64,000 bases of DNA, taken from the NCBI GenBank assembly GCA_019058275.1, contig JAHLVW010000047.1, positions 1-64,000 on the forward strand, read 5' to 3'. Numbering within the stretch: the stretch's first letter is position 1; every line of letters begins with the position of its first letter. Of this stretch, positions 29,846 through 39,309 are shown one piece after another. This DNA comes from Candidatus Heimdallarchaeota archaeon (GTDB taxonomy: Archaea > Asgardarchaeota > Heimdallarchaeia > JABLTI01). A program made the position numbers and the translations under genes. The notes below the pieces were generated by a model. That model saw nothing but the letters and a program-made list of their open reading frames with translations. It ran no database searches and had not been told where the DNA came from.

Positions 29846-31117
29846 TTGAAATTTCCAGATATAAAATATGTTGTTAGAACAAAGATATTAACATTCTATT
29901 TTTTATTACTAATTGTGTTATCTATTTTTAATTCAGCAATTCCTTTAGTTGGTGTTTTGTACAAATCGAATATCCAAGAAAATACTAGCTATTATAAAAA
30001 CAACGTTGCTACTCAAAACAAATTATCTTTAAACAACATAAGAATGACAGTATCTTCTAATAATGGTGTTGTTGGAAGTGGTTCTTCTTTACACGTTAGT
30101 AATTCTTTACTGTATCTTGTAGAACTTCATTATGGTTTGGAGATATATAATATTTCAAATGTAAAGAAACCGAAACTAATTAACTCATTTCAAAATCTAA
30201 GTTTAAGATATGAAAATAAAATGATTATTTCAGAAAATTATATCTATATCTACAATAATCATGATGATTTTTACATATTGGACTATACTAATCCATCATC
30301 TATTACTGAGAGAGCTCATTATTTAATATACGGAGTTATAAATTTTGCAATCAATGATTCATATCTATACGCACTGAAGGAAAATGGGTTAGCAATTTAT
30401 GACATCGAGAATTTTTCAACATTAGAATTAATCGGAGAATATTCCAATAGTTCAGCAAATTATAGAGATTTTGCTTTAAAGAATAATTTTGCTTATATTT
30501 GTGATGAAGAAAAAGGATTTTCAATACTTAATATAACTGATTATACAAATATAAGTCTGGTAAAAGACTATGTTTTAAACGAGAGTAATTATTTTCCTAG
30601 TATCTATATTGATGGAAATAATCTGTATATAGATGAAAATTCAAAAGGTTTACATGTTTACAATATAACCAATCCTCTTGCTGCTTACTCTATCTCATTA
30701 TTTGACGGATTAAATGATGATTTTTCTTCTAATATTTTTGTTGTAGAAAATATCATCTATTTACTTCGTTATAAAGGATTTAGTATACTGGATGCATCAG
30801 ATTTAACATCTATACAACTTCTAAGTAATTTTCAAACTGATCCACATGGACTCTTTTCAGCATTTGAAATTCAAGATAACTATATCTATCTACATAGCAC
30901 AGAAACTGGTCATTTTGAATCAAGAAAACCTTTACATATTGTAAATGTAACTAACTTAGAATTACCAGTTGAAGTTTATCCAAAACTTGGTAATTGGGAT
31001 TCTACTGACTTTTTACTTTTGTTGCTTTACATATTCTTGGGAGCAATTGTAGTTGCTCCAGTATTGCTATTCCTCATTGCAGTTGTTAGGAGTTTAATAA
31101 AAGATATCAAAAGATGA
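29846..31117 (+). CDS. LVIVD-repeat beta-propeller surface protein, copy 3
   Basis: GLEIYNISN, GLHVYNITNP and GFSILDASD repeats; C-terminal TM. Confidence 0.85.
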   Translation: MKFPDIKYVVRTKILTFYFLLLIVLSIFNSAIPLVGVLYKSNIQENTSYYKNNVATQNKLSLNNIRMTVSSNNGVVGSGSSLHVSNSLLYLVELHYGLEIYNISNVKKPKLINSFQNLSLRYENKMIISENYIYIYNNHDDFYILDYTNPSSITERAHYLIYGVINFAINDSYLYALKENGLAIYDIENFSTLELIGEYSNSSANYRDFALKNNFAYICDEEKGFSILNITDYTNISLVKDYVLNESNYFPSIYIDGNNLYIDENSKGLHVYNITNPLAAYSISLFDGLNDDFSSNIFVVENIIYLLRYKGFSILDASDLTSIQLLSNFQTDPHGLFSAFEIQDNYIYLHSTETGHFESRKPLHIVNVTNLELPVEVYPKLGNWDSTDFLLLLLYIFLGAIVVAPVLLFLIAVVRSLIKDIKR

Positions 31118-31167
31118 AAAAACAACATCTAAATCAACAAAAGGTAAGCAACTATTTCTTTTTCTAT

Positions 31168-31611
31168 TTATTCCTTTAAACTTGCTGTTCTCATTTTAAT
31201 TCCAGATCTTTCTCTTAATTGAGCAAAATGTCCTATAGCATGATATAAATTCTGCTGAATTGCACCTTCCATGGTTGATTCTTCTCCCCATTGAAACTTA
31301 AACGTTTCATTTAAATGAGAATCTTTTAATGTTCTAATTGCTTTAATCATCCTAAATACAGCTTTTTCTAGATCATCAATATGCTTATCTGTTGCTTGAA
31401 ATTTGATAGTTTCTTTCAAAAACCAATTACCTGCATCTTCAAAAATGGTTCGAAGTGTGTGATTAAAAGTTTCCAAAACAGTAAATTCATTCTGATTTAT
31501 TCTGTAATCCCAAGCTTCTTCTCTTTCAATGATTTTAATTGTTTTCTCTCCAATTTCCTGCAAATAGTTCCACAAATTAATATAAACATCTATTTTACTC
31601 ATGTCAATCAC
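31168..31611 (-). CDS. DinB-like protein
   Basis: TV.E..NH and YHAIGHFAQL. Confidence 0.7.
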   Translation of the reverse strand: MIDMSKIDVYINLWNYLQEIGEKTIKIIEREEAWDYRINQNEFTVLETFNHTLRTIFEDAGNWFLKETIKFQATDKHIDDLEKAVFRMIKAIRTLKDSHLNETFKFQWGEESTMEGAIQQNLYHAIGHFAQLRERSGIKMRTASLKE

Positions 31612-31750
31612 TTGTATGTAATTTCTACTTTTCCAAATTTAATCGTTCCGTATAAAGGAAAACAGTTTTTTATAGAAAACTAATGATTCCTTTATTTCCT
31701 ATTATACTTCAATTCCTATAAGATTAAAAGTAGATTCATACTCAAATAAA

Positions 31751-32491
31751 ATGAATACAATGACAATAAAGATTGTTTTAGTGGAACCAAAAATATCTGG
31801 TAACATTGGTGCAGTAGCTAGAGTTATGAAGAATTTTGATTTTAATGAACTTGTTCTCATAAATCCACAAGCAGATATCGCAGGTGATGCGTTTAGATTC
31901 GCAAAACATGCACAAGAAGTGCTTGATAATATCAAAATATATGATTCCCTCGAGGAGTTTTGTAAAACTGTTACCTATGTTGTAGGAACTACCTCAAAAA
32001 TCAGTACAGATAAAGGTTCAACAAATGTTCGAGTTGCTGTTAGTTCAAATGATCCTAGTTTAGCAAATATATTACAGTTCAAAGGAGATGTTGCTATTCT
32101 TTTTGGTAGAGAGGATTATGGATTAACAAATGAGGAAATAGAGTTTTGTGATATGTCCATTCATATACCAACCTCTGGCGATTATAAAGCTCTGAATCTA
32201 GCTCAATCTGTAGCAATTATTATCTATTCATTACATGTTTTAAAAGAGAGAATTGTTGACACTCATTATCGGGAAGCCAAAAAAGAAGAGAAGGATCTAC
32301 TCATTGAATGGTTTGAAAAAGCTGTAAGTGTACTTGGGTATCATGAAAGGAAAAGCGAATTCTTGGTACGACGTTTCCGAAATATTATGGGAAGATCATT
32401 TGTTTCAGGAAAAGAAGCTGTTTCGTTAGTTGGCGTTTTCAGTCGATCTTACAAACGAATAAAGAAATGTGATGAAATGCATTCGAAGTAA
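31751..32491 (+). CDS. trmJ: SPOUT tRNA C/U32 2'-O-methyltransferase (TrmJ family)
   Basis: GNIGAVARVMKNF, LFGREDYGLTNEE and IPT...Y.ALNLAQSV. Confidence 0.92.
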   Translation: MNTMTIKIVLVEPKISGNIGAVARVMKNFDFNELVLINPQADIAGDAFRFAKHAQEVLDNIKIYDSLEEFCKTVTYVVGTTSKISTDKGSTNVRVAVSSNDPSLANILQFKGDVAILFGREDYGLTNEEIEFCDMSIHIPTSGDYKALNLAQSVAIIIYSLHVLKERIVDTHYREAKKEEKDLLIEWFEKAVSVLGYHERKSEFLVRRFRNIMGRSFVSGKEAVSLVGVFSRSYKRIKKCDEMHSK

Positions 32492-32637
32492 ACCAAAAGC
32501 GATGAACTATTTACATTTGTTCTTTTTATTTGAGTAAGATTATTAACTCATTCAGAAGATAGTAATTCGATAATTATGACTTTCTTTTTGGTTTAGTTTA
32601 TCGTTTTATGCTAAAAACAAACGAAGAATGATGACTA

Positions 32638-33957
32638 ATGACTGTAGAAATAAGATCTTCACCAATGCCTATTTCAGAATATAAGCTTGGAATAGTCTTT
32701 CGTTATTCACGAGCCAATATCTTTTCATATCATTCGTTAATTGGTGCTTTGGAAATTAATCCTCATCTTTCAGATATTCATGTTTTCATACCAAAACCAG
32801 AGGAGTTTCTACAGGAGATAAATCGTCTTTTAGATATTGAACAATTTAATAATTTGATTATTGGAATATCAGTTCACAGTTTTCAAATGAGTGACATTCA
32901 TCAATTACTTACCATACTAAATTCTCATCCAAAAAGAAACAGACTATTTATTATTGCTGGTGGTCCTCATCCATCTGCTCTTCCTGGTGAGCTTTTGAAT
33001 AATGGTTGTGATGCAGTTGTTATAGGAGAGGGAGAGAAAACTTTTCCTGAATTAGTTTTAGCATTAAGAAACCATGATTTGATTACACGGCTTAAAGGAA
33101 TTGCTTTTCTAAATAATGAAAGGGAAGTCGTTATACGACCAAAAAATAAACCTATTATTTTGGATGAGTATCCTCCTTTTGCACCAAATCATGAACTTTA
33201 TTCTGCTCTCGAGATAACTCGAGGTTGCAAATTTGATTGCACTTATTGTCAAGTACCTTCTCTATTTGGTAAGACAATACGTTATAGAAGCCCAGAAAAT
33301 GCAATCAAATGGGGAAAATATCTCCTTAGTAAAAGAGAAACCTGGGACTTTCGATTTATTACACCAAATGCTTTTGGTTATGGTTCTAAAAAATCCTCCG
33401 AACCAAATGTTAGCTATATCAAAAAATTGCTTTCTGGTTTGAAGAAACTTGAAGCGAAAAAAAGACGTAGAATATATTTTGGAACATTTCCCTCAGAAGT
33501 TCGTCCTGAATCTGTAACAGAGGATACTTTGAATCTTACCAAGGAATACTGTGATAATGATAATTTAACTATGGGTGCACAATCTGGTAGTCCAAAAATT
33601 TTGAAGAAAATTAAAAGAGGGCACACAGTTGAGCAAGCTATCAATGCTGTAGATTTAGCAAATGATTTCGGTTTCGTTATGAACGTTGACTTTATCTTAG
33701 GATTCCCAGAAGAGACTATTGAAGAACAATACGAAACAATAGATCTTTGCAAGCAACTTATTGCTAAAAATTGCAGAATTCACATGCATTATCTTATACC
33801 ATTACCCGGAACGAAATATTTCAATTCAAAACCAACATCAATAGCTCTGGAAATTTTGAAGACTATTAGAAAGTGGTCAAATGATGGAGTTATTTTTGGT
33901 TCATGGCAGCATCAATATGATCTTATAAGAAATAATACAAATGATAGTAAAAATTAG
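32638..33957 (+). CDS. B12-binding domain / radical SAM protein (MJ1487-like archaeal family)
   Basis: AGGPHPS, GEGE, EITRGCKFDCTYC, RFITPNAFGYGS and GTFPSEVRPE. Confidence 0.9.
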   Translation: MTVEIRSSPMPISEYKLGIVFRYSRANIFSYHSLIGALEINPHLSDIHVFIPKPEEFLQEINRLLDIEQFNNLIIGISVHSFQMSDIHQLLTILNSHPKRNRLFIIAGGPHPSALPGELLNNGCDAVVIGEGEKTFPELVLALRNHDLITRLKGIAFLNNEREVVIRPKNKPIILDEYPPFAPNHELYSALEITRGCKFDCTYCQVPSLFGKTIRYRSPENAIKWGKYLLSKRETWDFRFITPNAFGYGSKKSSEPNVSYIKKLLSGLKKLEAKKRRRIYFGTFPSEVRPESVTEDTLNLTKEYCDNDNLTMGAQSGSPKILKKIKRGHTVEQAINAVDLANDFGFVMNVDFILGFPEETIEEQYETIDLCKQLIAKNCRIHMHYLIPLPGTKYFNSKPTSIALEILKTIRKWSNDGVIFGSWQHQYDLIRNNTNDSKN

Positions 33958-33968
33958 AATTCTATTTG

Positions 33969-34334
33969 TTATTTTTCATTTTCGTCTGAGGAATCATCAT
34001 CATCAATGATTATTAACCTAGTGTTTTCAGTATTTTCTTCTTCTTGCCACATGCTCTTCATTCTGCGCTCATATTCTTTCTTCCGATATTTTTTGTCTCT
34101 TAACAATTGAATATAAACTTCTCTTCCTTCTCCAGAAAGAGAGTACATCACACCAGCATGACAAGTAATGATTTTATAATTTCTAAACTCTCTCAAAATA
34201 GAATTAATTGTTAATGGGCTTAGATCTGTCAGTTCAACTATCTCAAACTTGTTTATAATATCATTATCCCCTATTGCTCTGAGAACATCGCGACGAGCTT
34301 GAGAGCGTATTGGATCTCTTTTATAGTCAGTCAT
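33969..34334 (-). CDS. winged helix-turn-helix protein
   Basis: R..VLRAI...EIVELTDLS..TIN..LREF...YSLSGEGR pattern; acidic tail. Confidence 0.7.
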   Translation of the reverse strand: MTDYKRDPIRSQARRDVLRAIGDNDIINKFEIVELTDLSPLTINSILREFRNYKIITCHAGVMYSLSGEGREVYIQLLRDKKYRKKEYERRMKSMWQEEENTENTRLIIIDDDDSSDENEK

Positions 34335-34447
34335 TTTTCAACAAGATCCCTGAGTAGAGAATTATATAATCCTCTACAGCAATTTTATTTAAACTTCAAC
34401 TTTCATGCAATTTACTAATTATCTCTTCTTTATAGCTCTTCTTGTTT

Positions 34448-36763
34448 TTAATTTTTCTTAATAATGAATTCAGATTCGTGCTTCTTTGGACATGCTGCGA
34501 AAATTATGAGATTCTCCTTGGTAAACAAATCAATTTTTGTTGGAACAAGGGTTTCTGAACCACACTTTGAACATTTGATTTCCAAAACATCTTCTTCCTC
34601 TTCTTCATCACCGAAACCGATGATAGTATCTTCGTGACCTTTTTCACATCTAACTTTAAGAACATCTAACCCAAGCATTTCATTATATTCTCCTTGTTGC
34701 CAAACGATTTTGCTACTACACTTCTTGCAAACCAATTCTGACTCTTCCTTTCCTTTCTGTTCTATTACTGACTCTAAGGAAATGTTGCTTATTAATTCAT
34801 CATGTTTCAAACCAAAATTAGCTAGCTCCATGCCTTCACCTATGTGAACTTTATTCATATCTTTCATTATAAGCGTTAAATCGTTGGAATGTTCTGCGAG
34901 AATTCCATCAAGCAATTTGGAGTATTCCTTAATAGCTTGTTCTAATCTTGTTATTATCTCTGTTAGTGTTATTTTGCTACTAATTGCATCCTTACTTATA
35001 GATTTCAGAAGCTTCTGTAAAGCAGTTAATGCTTCTGATTTTACTGAGAATTTTTTCAAATCCTTGACATATTCATTTATAGCTATTCCAGTGTCTTTAG
35101 CTAAGTTAATTGCGAATTTCTCTAAATCATTCATTGCTTTATTTGCTTGTTTTACAGTAGGTTTGTAAGAAGGTCTAATGTATCTAGCAATTTTACCTTC
35201 TAGATTGGGGTTAATACTAACGCCAAGTCCTTCTGAAAATTTATCTTCAAATTCAGAAATTGCTTTTGCTGCTTGAGCTAAACTTCCCTTAAGTATCCCT
35301 TCTACAGTTTTTAGAGGTCCAAAATCATCAAGATTAACTGAACTTATTTTTACTAATGAATCATCAGATGGAATATCTATAGTATCAGTTTGTCCTAATA
35401 TCTTGTTGATATTCTTGATTTTCTTAACAAATTTTTCTTGGGTTGTTACAATATCAGTGGCAATTTCCTTGAGAAGCAAATCGATATTCTTTCTATAATC
35501 AAGTAGTCCTGGAAAAGCATCAACAATATCAACAAGGCTATTTGGATCTAAACAATTCCCCTTTGTTTCAGCAATCTCATCAAGGATTTTCTTTGTACTC
35601 TTACTTGGGGGAACTTGTTTTATAAACTCGTTTAATTTCTCTTCAATACTACCGTAAGTACCCTCAAAAGCTGATGTAGCCATTGCTGTTGCTTCTCGTA
35701 TAATTTTCTCATCATTGACAAGCTTCTCATGTGGATCTTCTGCAACGACATCCACAGTTCTAACAAGAAACTTAGCTGCAGAAATAACCTTTTCAGAAGA
35801 TTCTTTCATTTTTGAAAAACTAGTAGAGTTCATATGTATCTCTAGTTTGTACAATTTCTCGATATTCGTGATTAATTCACTAATATCTTTATCTAATTCG
35901 GATTTTATCTGTTGGATATATGTTTGTCTGGTATCACTAAGTCTATCGTCAATTTTTCGAATAAATTTCAATGCTTTTGTGAATGCTTTGAAACCATCTT
36001 TAAGCCAATTATCTATTGTTTCATTGACTTTTGAACAGTTTTCTTTTATGAAATCATCAAAGGCAGGACTAGCACGATAATTATTTAGCTTAGTTTGGAA
36101 ACGATCATAAACATCTTCAAAAGCTTTAGAATGTGTTTTGAACCCTCGAGTAATGTAGTTTTCAGCTTTTTCAATAATTTCATGATATTTCTCACGATAT
36201 GCTTGTGTATAAACAACTTGTTCATCTCTACTAACTAAACCTTTCTTTGTTTTGGAATGGGTTCTAATTTCTTCCTCTAAAAGATCTATTTGATGTTTAA
36301 TGTCAAGAATTTCCTTTTCAAACTTCACAATCGGAAAACCCAATTTAAGCTTCATATCTATAAGCATAGCTTCAACAGAACCATTTATTGTTCGTAAAAT
36401 AATAGGTACATCATTAAGTGTAAGAAGAGCATTTTTTCCAATTTGATCAGTGTTTTTTGGTAAAACACCAATAAAAGATCTATCAATTCTTTTTCCTTGC
36501 ATTTTTATTTGCTGAGTTTCTTCAAGAAACTTCAAATTTTCTTTAGCAGACTGTGCAAAATTCTCTATCTTTTCCCAAGATTGACTTTTCTTCTCTTTTT
36601 TTAGTTCCCCGATGAAATGGATTAAAGCAGGAAAGTCTTCTCCTTCAAAAGCAGACTTATCACCCATCGCCATAGAAGCTAATCGATCAATTTCACGCAC
36701 AATTTCATCGAGTTCGCCTAAAATAGTATTCCAATCATCTTTTTCAATAGTTGATTCTGACAT
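34448..36763 (-). CDS. large alpha-helical/coiled-coil protein with two C-terminal CxxC...CxxxH zinc ribbons
   Basis: 771 aa; CKKC...CEKGH and CSKC...CPKKH separated by an acidic linker. Confidence 0.72.
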   Translation of the reverse strand: MSESTIEKDDWNTILGELDEIVREIDRLASMAMGDKSAFEGEDFPALIHFIGELKKEKKSQSWEKIENFAQSAKENLKFLEETQQIKMQGKRIDRSFIGVLPKNTDQIGKNALLTLNDVPIILRTINGSVEAMLIDMKLKLGFPIVKFEKEILDIKHQIDLLEEEIRTHSKTKKGLVSRDEQVVYTQAYREKYHEIIEKAENYITRGFKTHSKAFEDVYDRFQTKLNNYRASPAFDDFIKENCSKVNETIDNWLKDGFKAFTKALKFIRKIDDRLSDTRQTYIQQIKSELDKDISELITNIEKLYKLEIHMNSTSFSKMKESSEKVISAAKFLVRTVDVVAEDPHEKLVNDEKIIREATAMATSAFEGTYGSIEEKLNEFIKQVPPSKSTKKILDEIAETKGNCLDPNSLVDIVDAFPGLLDYRKNIDLLLKEIATDIVTTQEKFVKKIKNINKILGQTDTIDIPSDDSLVKISSVNLDDFGPLKTVEGILKGSLAQAAKAISEFEDKFSEGLGVSINPNLEGKIARYIRPSYKPTVKQANKAMNDLEKFAINLAKDTGIAINEYVKDLKKFSVKSEALTALQKLLKSISKDAISSKITLTEIITRLEQAIKEYSKLLDGILAEHSNDLTLIMKDMNKVHIGEGMELANFGLKHDELISNISLESVIEQKGKEESELVCKKCSSKIVWQQGEYNEMLGLDVLKVRCEKGHEDTIIGFGDEEEEEDVLEIKCSKCGSETLVPTKIDLFTKENLIIFAACPKKHESEFIIKKN

Positions 36764-36930
36764 TTTTCTAACCCTTTTTATTGTAAAATTTATCCCTATT
36801 ATTCTATTATCTAAAGTAATGGAAAATAGCTATTGTTTTATTAATTATTTGGAAAAGGTATTAATATTTTAGTTGTTATCATTAATTAACTACCCGCAGA
36901 TTTTATAATGGGTGACGGGGGTATATTTTA

Positions 36931-39309
36931 TTGTCTACAGATGAACAAATTAAATGTCAATCATGTGGAGCTATGGTGGCTAAAGGTCGTTTTTGTCCAA
37001 AGTGCGGTGCTATTCTTGGTGCTACGGAACTAGATGAAGTCAAAGATCAACTCGATAGACTAAATGAAATCAAGGATTTAACTAGCCAATTAAGAGCTAA
37101 AGTCCTTGATAAATTATCAATTGACTCCGAAAAACTTCTTCTTGCTTTTAGAGAAGAATTTTCTATTTTACATAGTCGCTTTGAAACTAAACACAAACAA
37201 TTGTCAAAGAAATCATCAAAAAAGACCGCTAAGACGGAAACTACAGAAGGAGACAGAATAAATTGCAGAAGTTGTGGAGCGTCAGTTCCCAATATTCGTT
37301 TCTGCAAAGAATGTGGCTCACAACTTCATGCAACACCACTTGATGAACTTAATGATTTAGCTAATAAACTAAATAATTTGGCTTTAATTTTCAGTAATTT
37401 CAAAGATTCCATTCAAAAGGATTTAGCTGATGATGAATTGGAACTTGCAAACAATATAGTTGTTCTTTTGAACCATTTCATTAACAGAATTAATGCAAAA
37501 CGAAATGCTTTAGCAAAAACATTAGATGTACCAGTACCTGCTAGAAGACCAAAGGAGGTAAAAGTTGCTCCTGTTGGAGAACCTGGGGCTGAAGCAATGT
37601 TAGTAGAACCAGGTATAAAACAGCCAACTATTTGGTCAAATATTGAGAAGAATCTCTTAAATTATTGGTTCTTTTATCTAGCAATTATTCTCTTTAGCAT
37701 CGGTGTCACACTTACAATCTACTTTGTAGTAGTTACATTAGATTCCAAAGTTTACCAGCTAGTTGTCATTTATGTAATAGGGTTCGTAATTATACTTATA
37801 GGTCAGTTGATAACCTCAGGATTACGATGGCGTGCAAAGAAGAAACTTGCTGTGAAAAAGCAAGAAGTTGATTACAAACCAGGAGATACCATTGAAAGTG
37901 GAAAAGATAATAGAGTTACTGAAGAAAGAAGATTGCCTGTTCCTCAAATAACATCAGTAATCATCTTTATCGGATTTATTGTATTATTTGTTGGAGGCTT
38001 TGTAGGTTTAGCAGCCTATCAAAGTTTACTCATTCCAAAATTTCTTTTCTTATTAATTAGCTACGGAATATGTTTAGCTTCTATTGGACTTGGTGTATTA
38101 AACAATTCAGAAATGTTAATGCTGACAGGATTTATTCCTGCAATAATATTTACAGCGATTGATATTCTCTGGGAAATTGGTGGATCAGGTACTTCAAGCC
38201 TTGGAAGTGTTGGCAGCTTATTTGGATTTACACTACCAATAGTCTTTGCAGCTTTAGTTGCAATTTTCTTCAGTAAATGGTGGGGATCAGTTGTAACAAT
38301 GTCAGTTACACCGTTCCTACTAATGATACCCAAAATAAGTTCGCAAGTTGGATTGGAATTTATACCATTAATGCTTATACCAATAATGGTTGTATTTGTA
38401 GTTCGATTTAGCAAAGATAAGATTCCTCTCCCAATAAGAAGGTCCTTAACAATTATGTCCATGCTCTTTCCATCTATTGTCTTATTTGTGTTAGCATATC
38501 CATATGCAATTTATCAAACAGAACCAGCTTGGTCTAGAATCTATCCGTTTGAAATCTTCATAAGTTGTCTTGCAATCTTAGGAGTTTCATTTTACTATAG
38601 ATTTATTCAAGAAGAGTATCTTGAGATCAAGTCTGATCAACATTATATATGGATAGTCGGACAGATATTTGTCGGAGCAATATCTGTCTTCGCAATAGCT
38701 GTCAATGATACACCTGTAACTACAGCACTATTCTTTGCTTCATATTTCATATTTGGAATACTTAGTGTACTGAAAATTATGAAAAAACATTTCAATATTG
38801 CAAGTGCAATTGTATCATTTATCTTCGCAGAACTTCAAGCAATTCTATTATTAACTTTGAATAATCCTACAAGTATAGCACAAGATGTATTGTACTATAT
38901 TCTAGGAATATCATTCCTCCTATTAACAATAGTAAGTATTTTCATATCAAAAGTATTCATAGAATCTACAGCTCTATATACAATATGGTCAATTGTTTCA
39001 GGAGTAAATATAATTCTCCTAGGTTTACTTGGAACATTAAATGCTTTGTACGCTTTCTCAGGAATAATTTTGCTTCTAGTAACATCTCTGATAGTAAACT
39101 TACCTATAATAATTCCTCACATTAAAGAATGGAGGATGTACTCTATTGTCTCGTTGATTGTCAATGCAATAGTAATCAGCATCTTTCTACTGACTGGCAG
39201 CCTCAATTTGTTTGCTTATGAATCTCTAATTATTTTTGTGATCTTCATAGTAATCAACGTCTCAGCGTTTTTCGATTGGAAAGTAAAGGAGGTTAAAGTA
39301 CTTGAATAA
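36931..39309 (+). CDS. polytopic membrane protein with two N-terminal double-zinc-ribbon/helical repeats
   Basis: CQSCG..RFCPKCG and CRSCG..RFCKECG, each followed by helices; more than 15 hydrophobic segments. Confidence 0.75.
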   Translation: MSTDEQIKCQSCGAMVAKGRFCPKCGAILGATELDEVKDQLDRLNEIKDLTSQLRAKVLDKLSIDSEKLLLAFREEFSILHSRFETKHKQLSKKSSKKTAKTETTEGDRINCRSCGASVPNIRFCKECGSQLHATPLDELNDLANKLNNLALIFSNFKDSIQKDLADDELELANNIVVLLNHFINRINAKRNALAKTLDVPVPARRPKEVKVAPVGEPGAEAMLVEPGIKQPTIWSNIEKNLLNYWFFYLAIILFSIGVTLTIYFVVVTLDSKVYQLVVIYVIGFVIILIGQLITSGLRWRAKKKLAVKKQEVDYKPGDTIESGKDNRVTEERRLPVPQITSVIIFIGFIVLFVGGFVGLAAYQSLLIPKFLFLLISYGICLASIGLGVLNNSEMLMLTGFIPAIIFTAIDILWEIGGSGTSSLGSVGSLFGFTLPIVFAALVAIFFSKWWGSVVTMSVTPFLLMIPKISSQVGLEFIPLMLIPIMVVFVVRFSKDKIPLPIRRSLTIMSMLFPSIVLFVLAYPYAIYQTEPAWSRIYPFEIFISCLAILGVSFYYRFIQEEYLEIKSDQHYIWIVGQIFVGAISVFAIAVNDTPVTTALFFASYFIFGILSVLKIMKKHFNIASAIVSFIFAELQAILLLTLNNPTSIAQDVLYYILGISFLLLTIVSIFISKVFIESTALYTIWSIVSGVNIILLGLLGTLNALYAFSGIILLLVTSLIVNLPIIIPHIKEWRMYSIVSLIVNAIVISIFLLTGSLNLFAYESLIIFVIFIVINVSAFFDWKVKEVKVLE

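Noticed and set aside
34448-36763. SMC/Rad50 or ESCRT-III identity for the long helical protein
   Set aside because: No Walker A/B or signature motifs, the zinc sites are C-terminal rather than a central hook, and the length and pattern do not fit Snf7.
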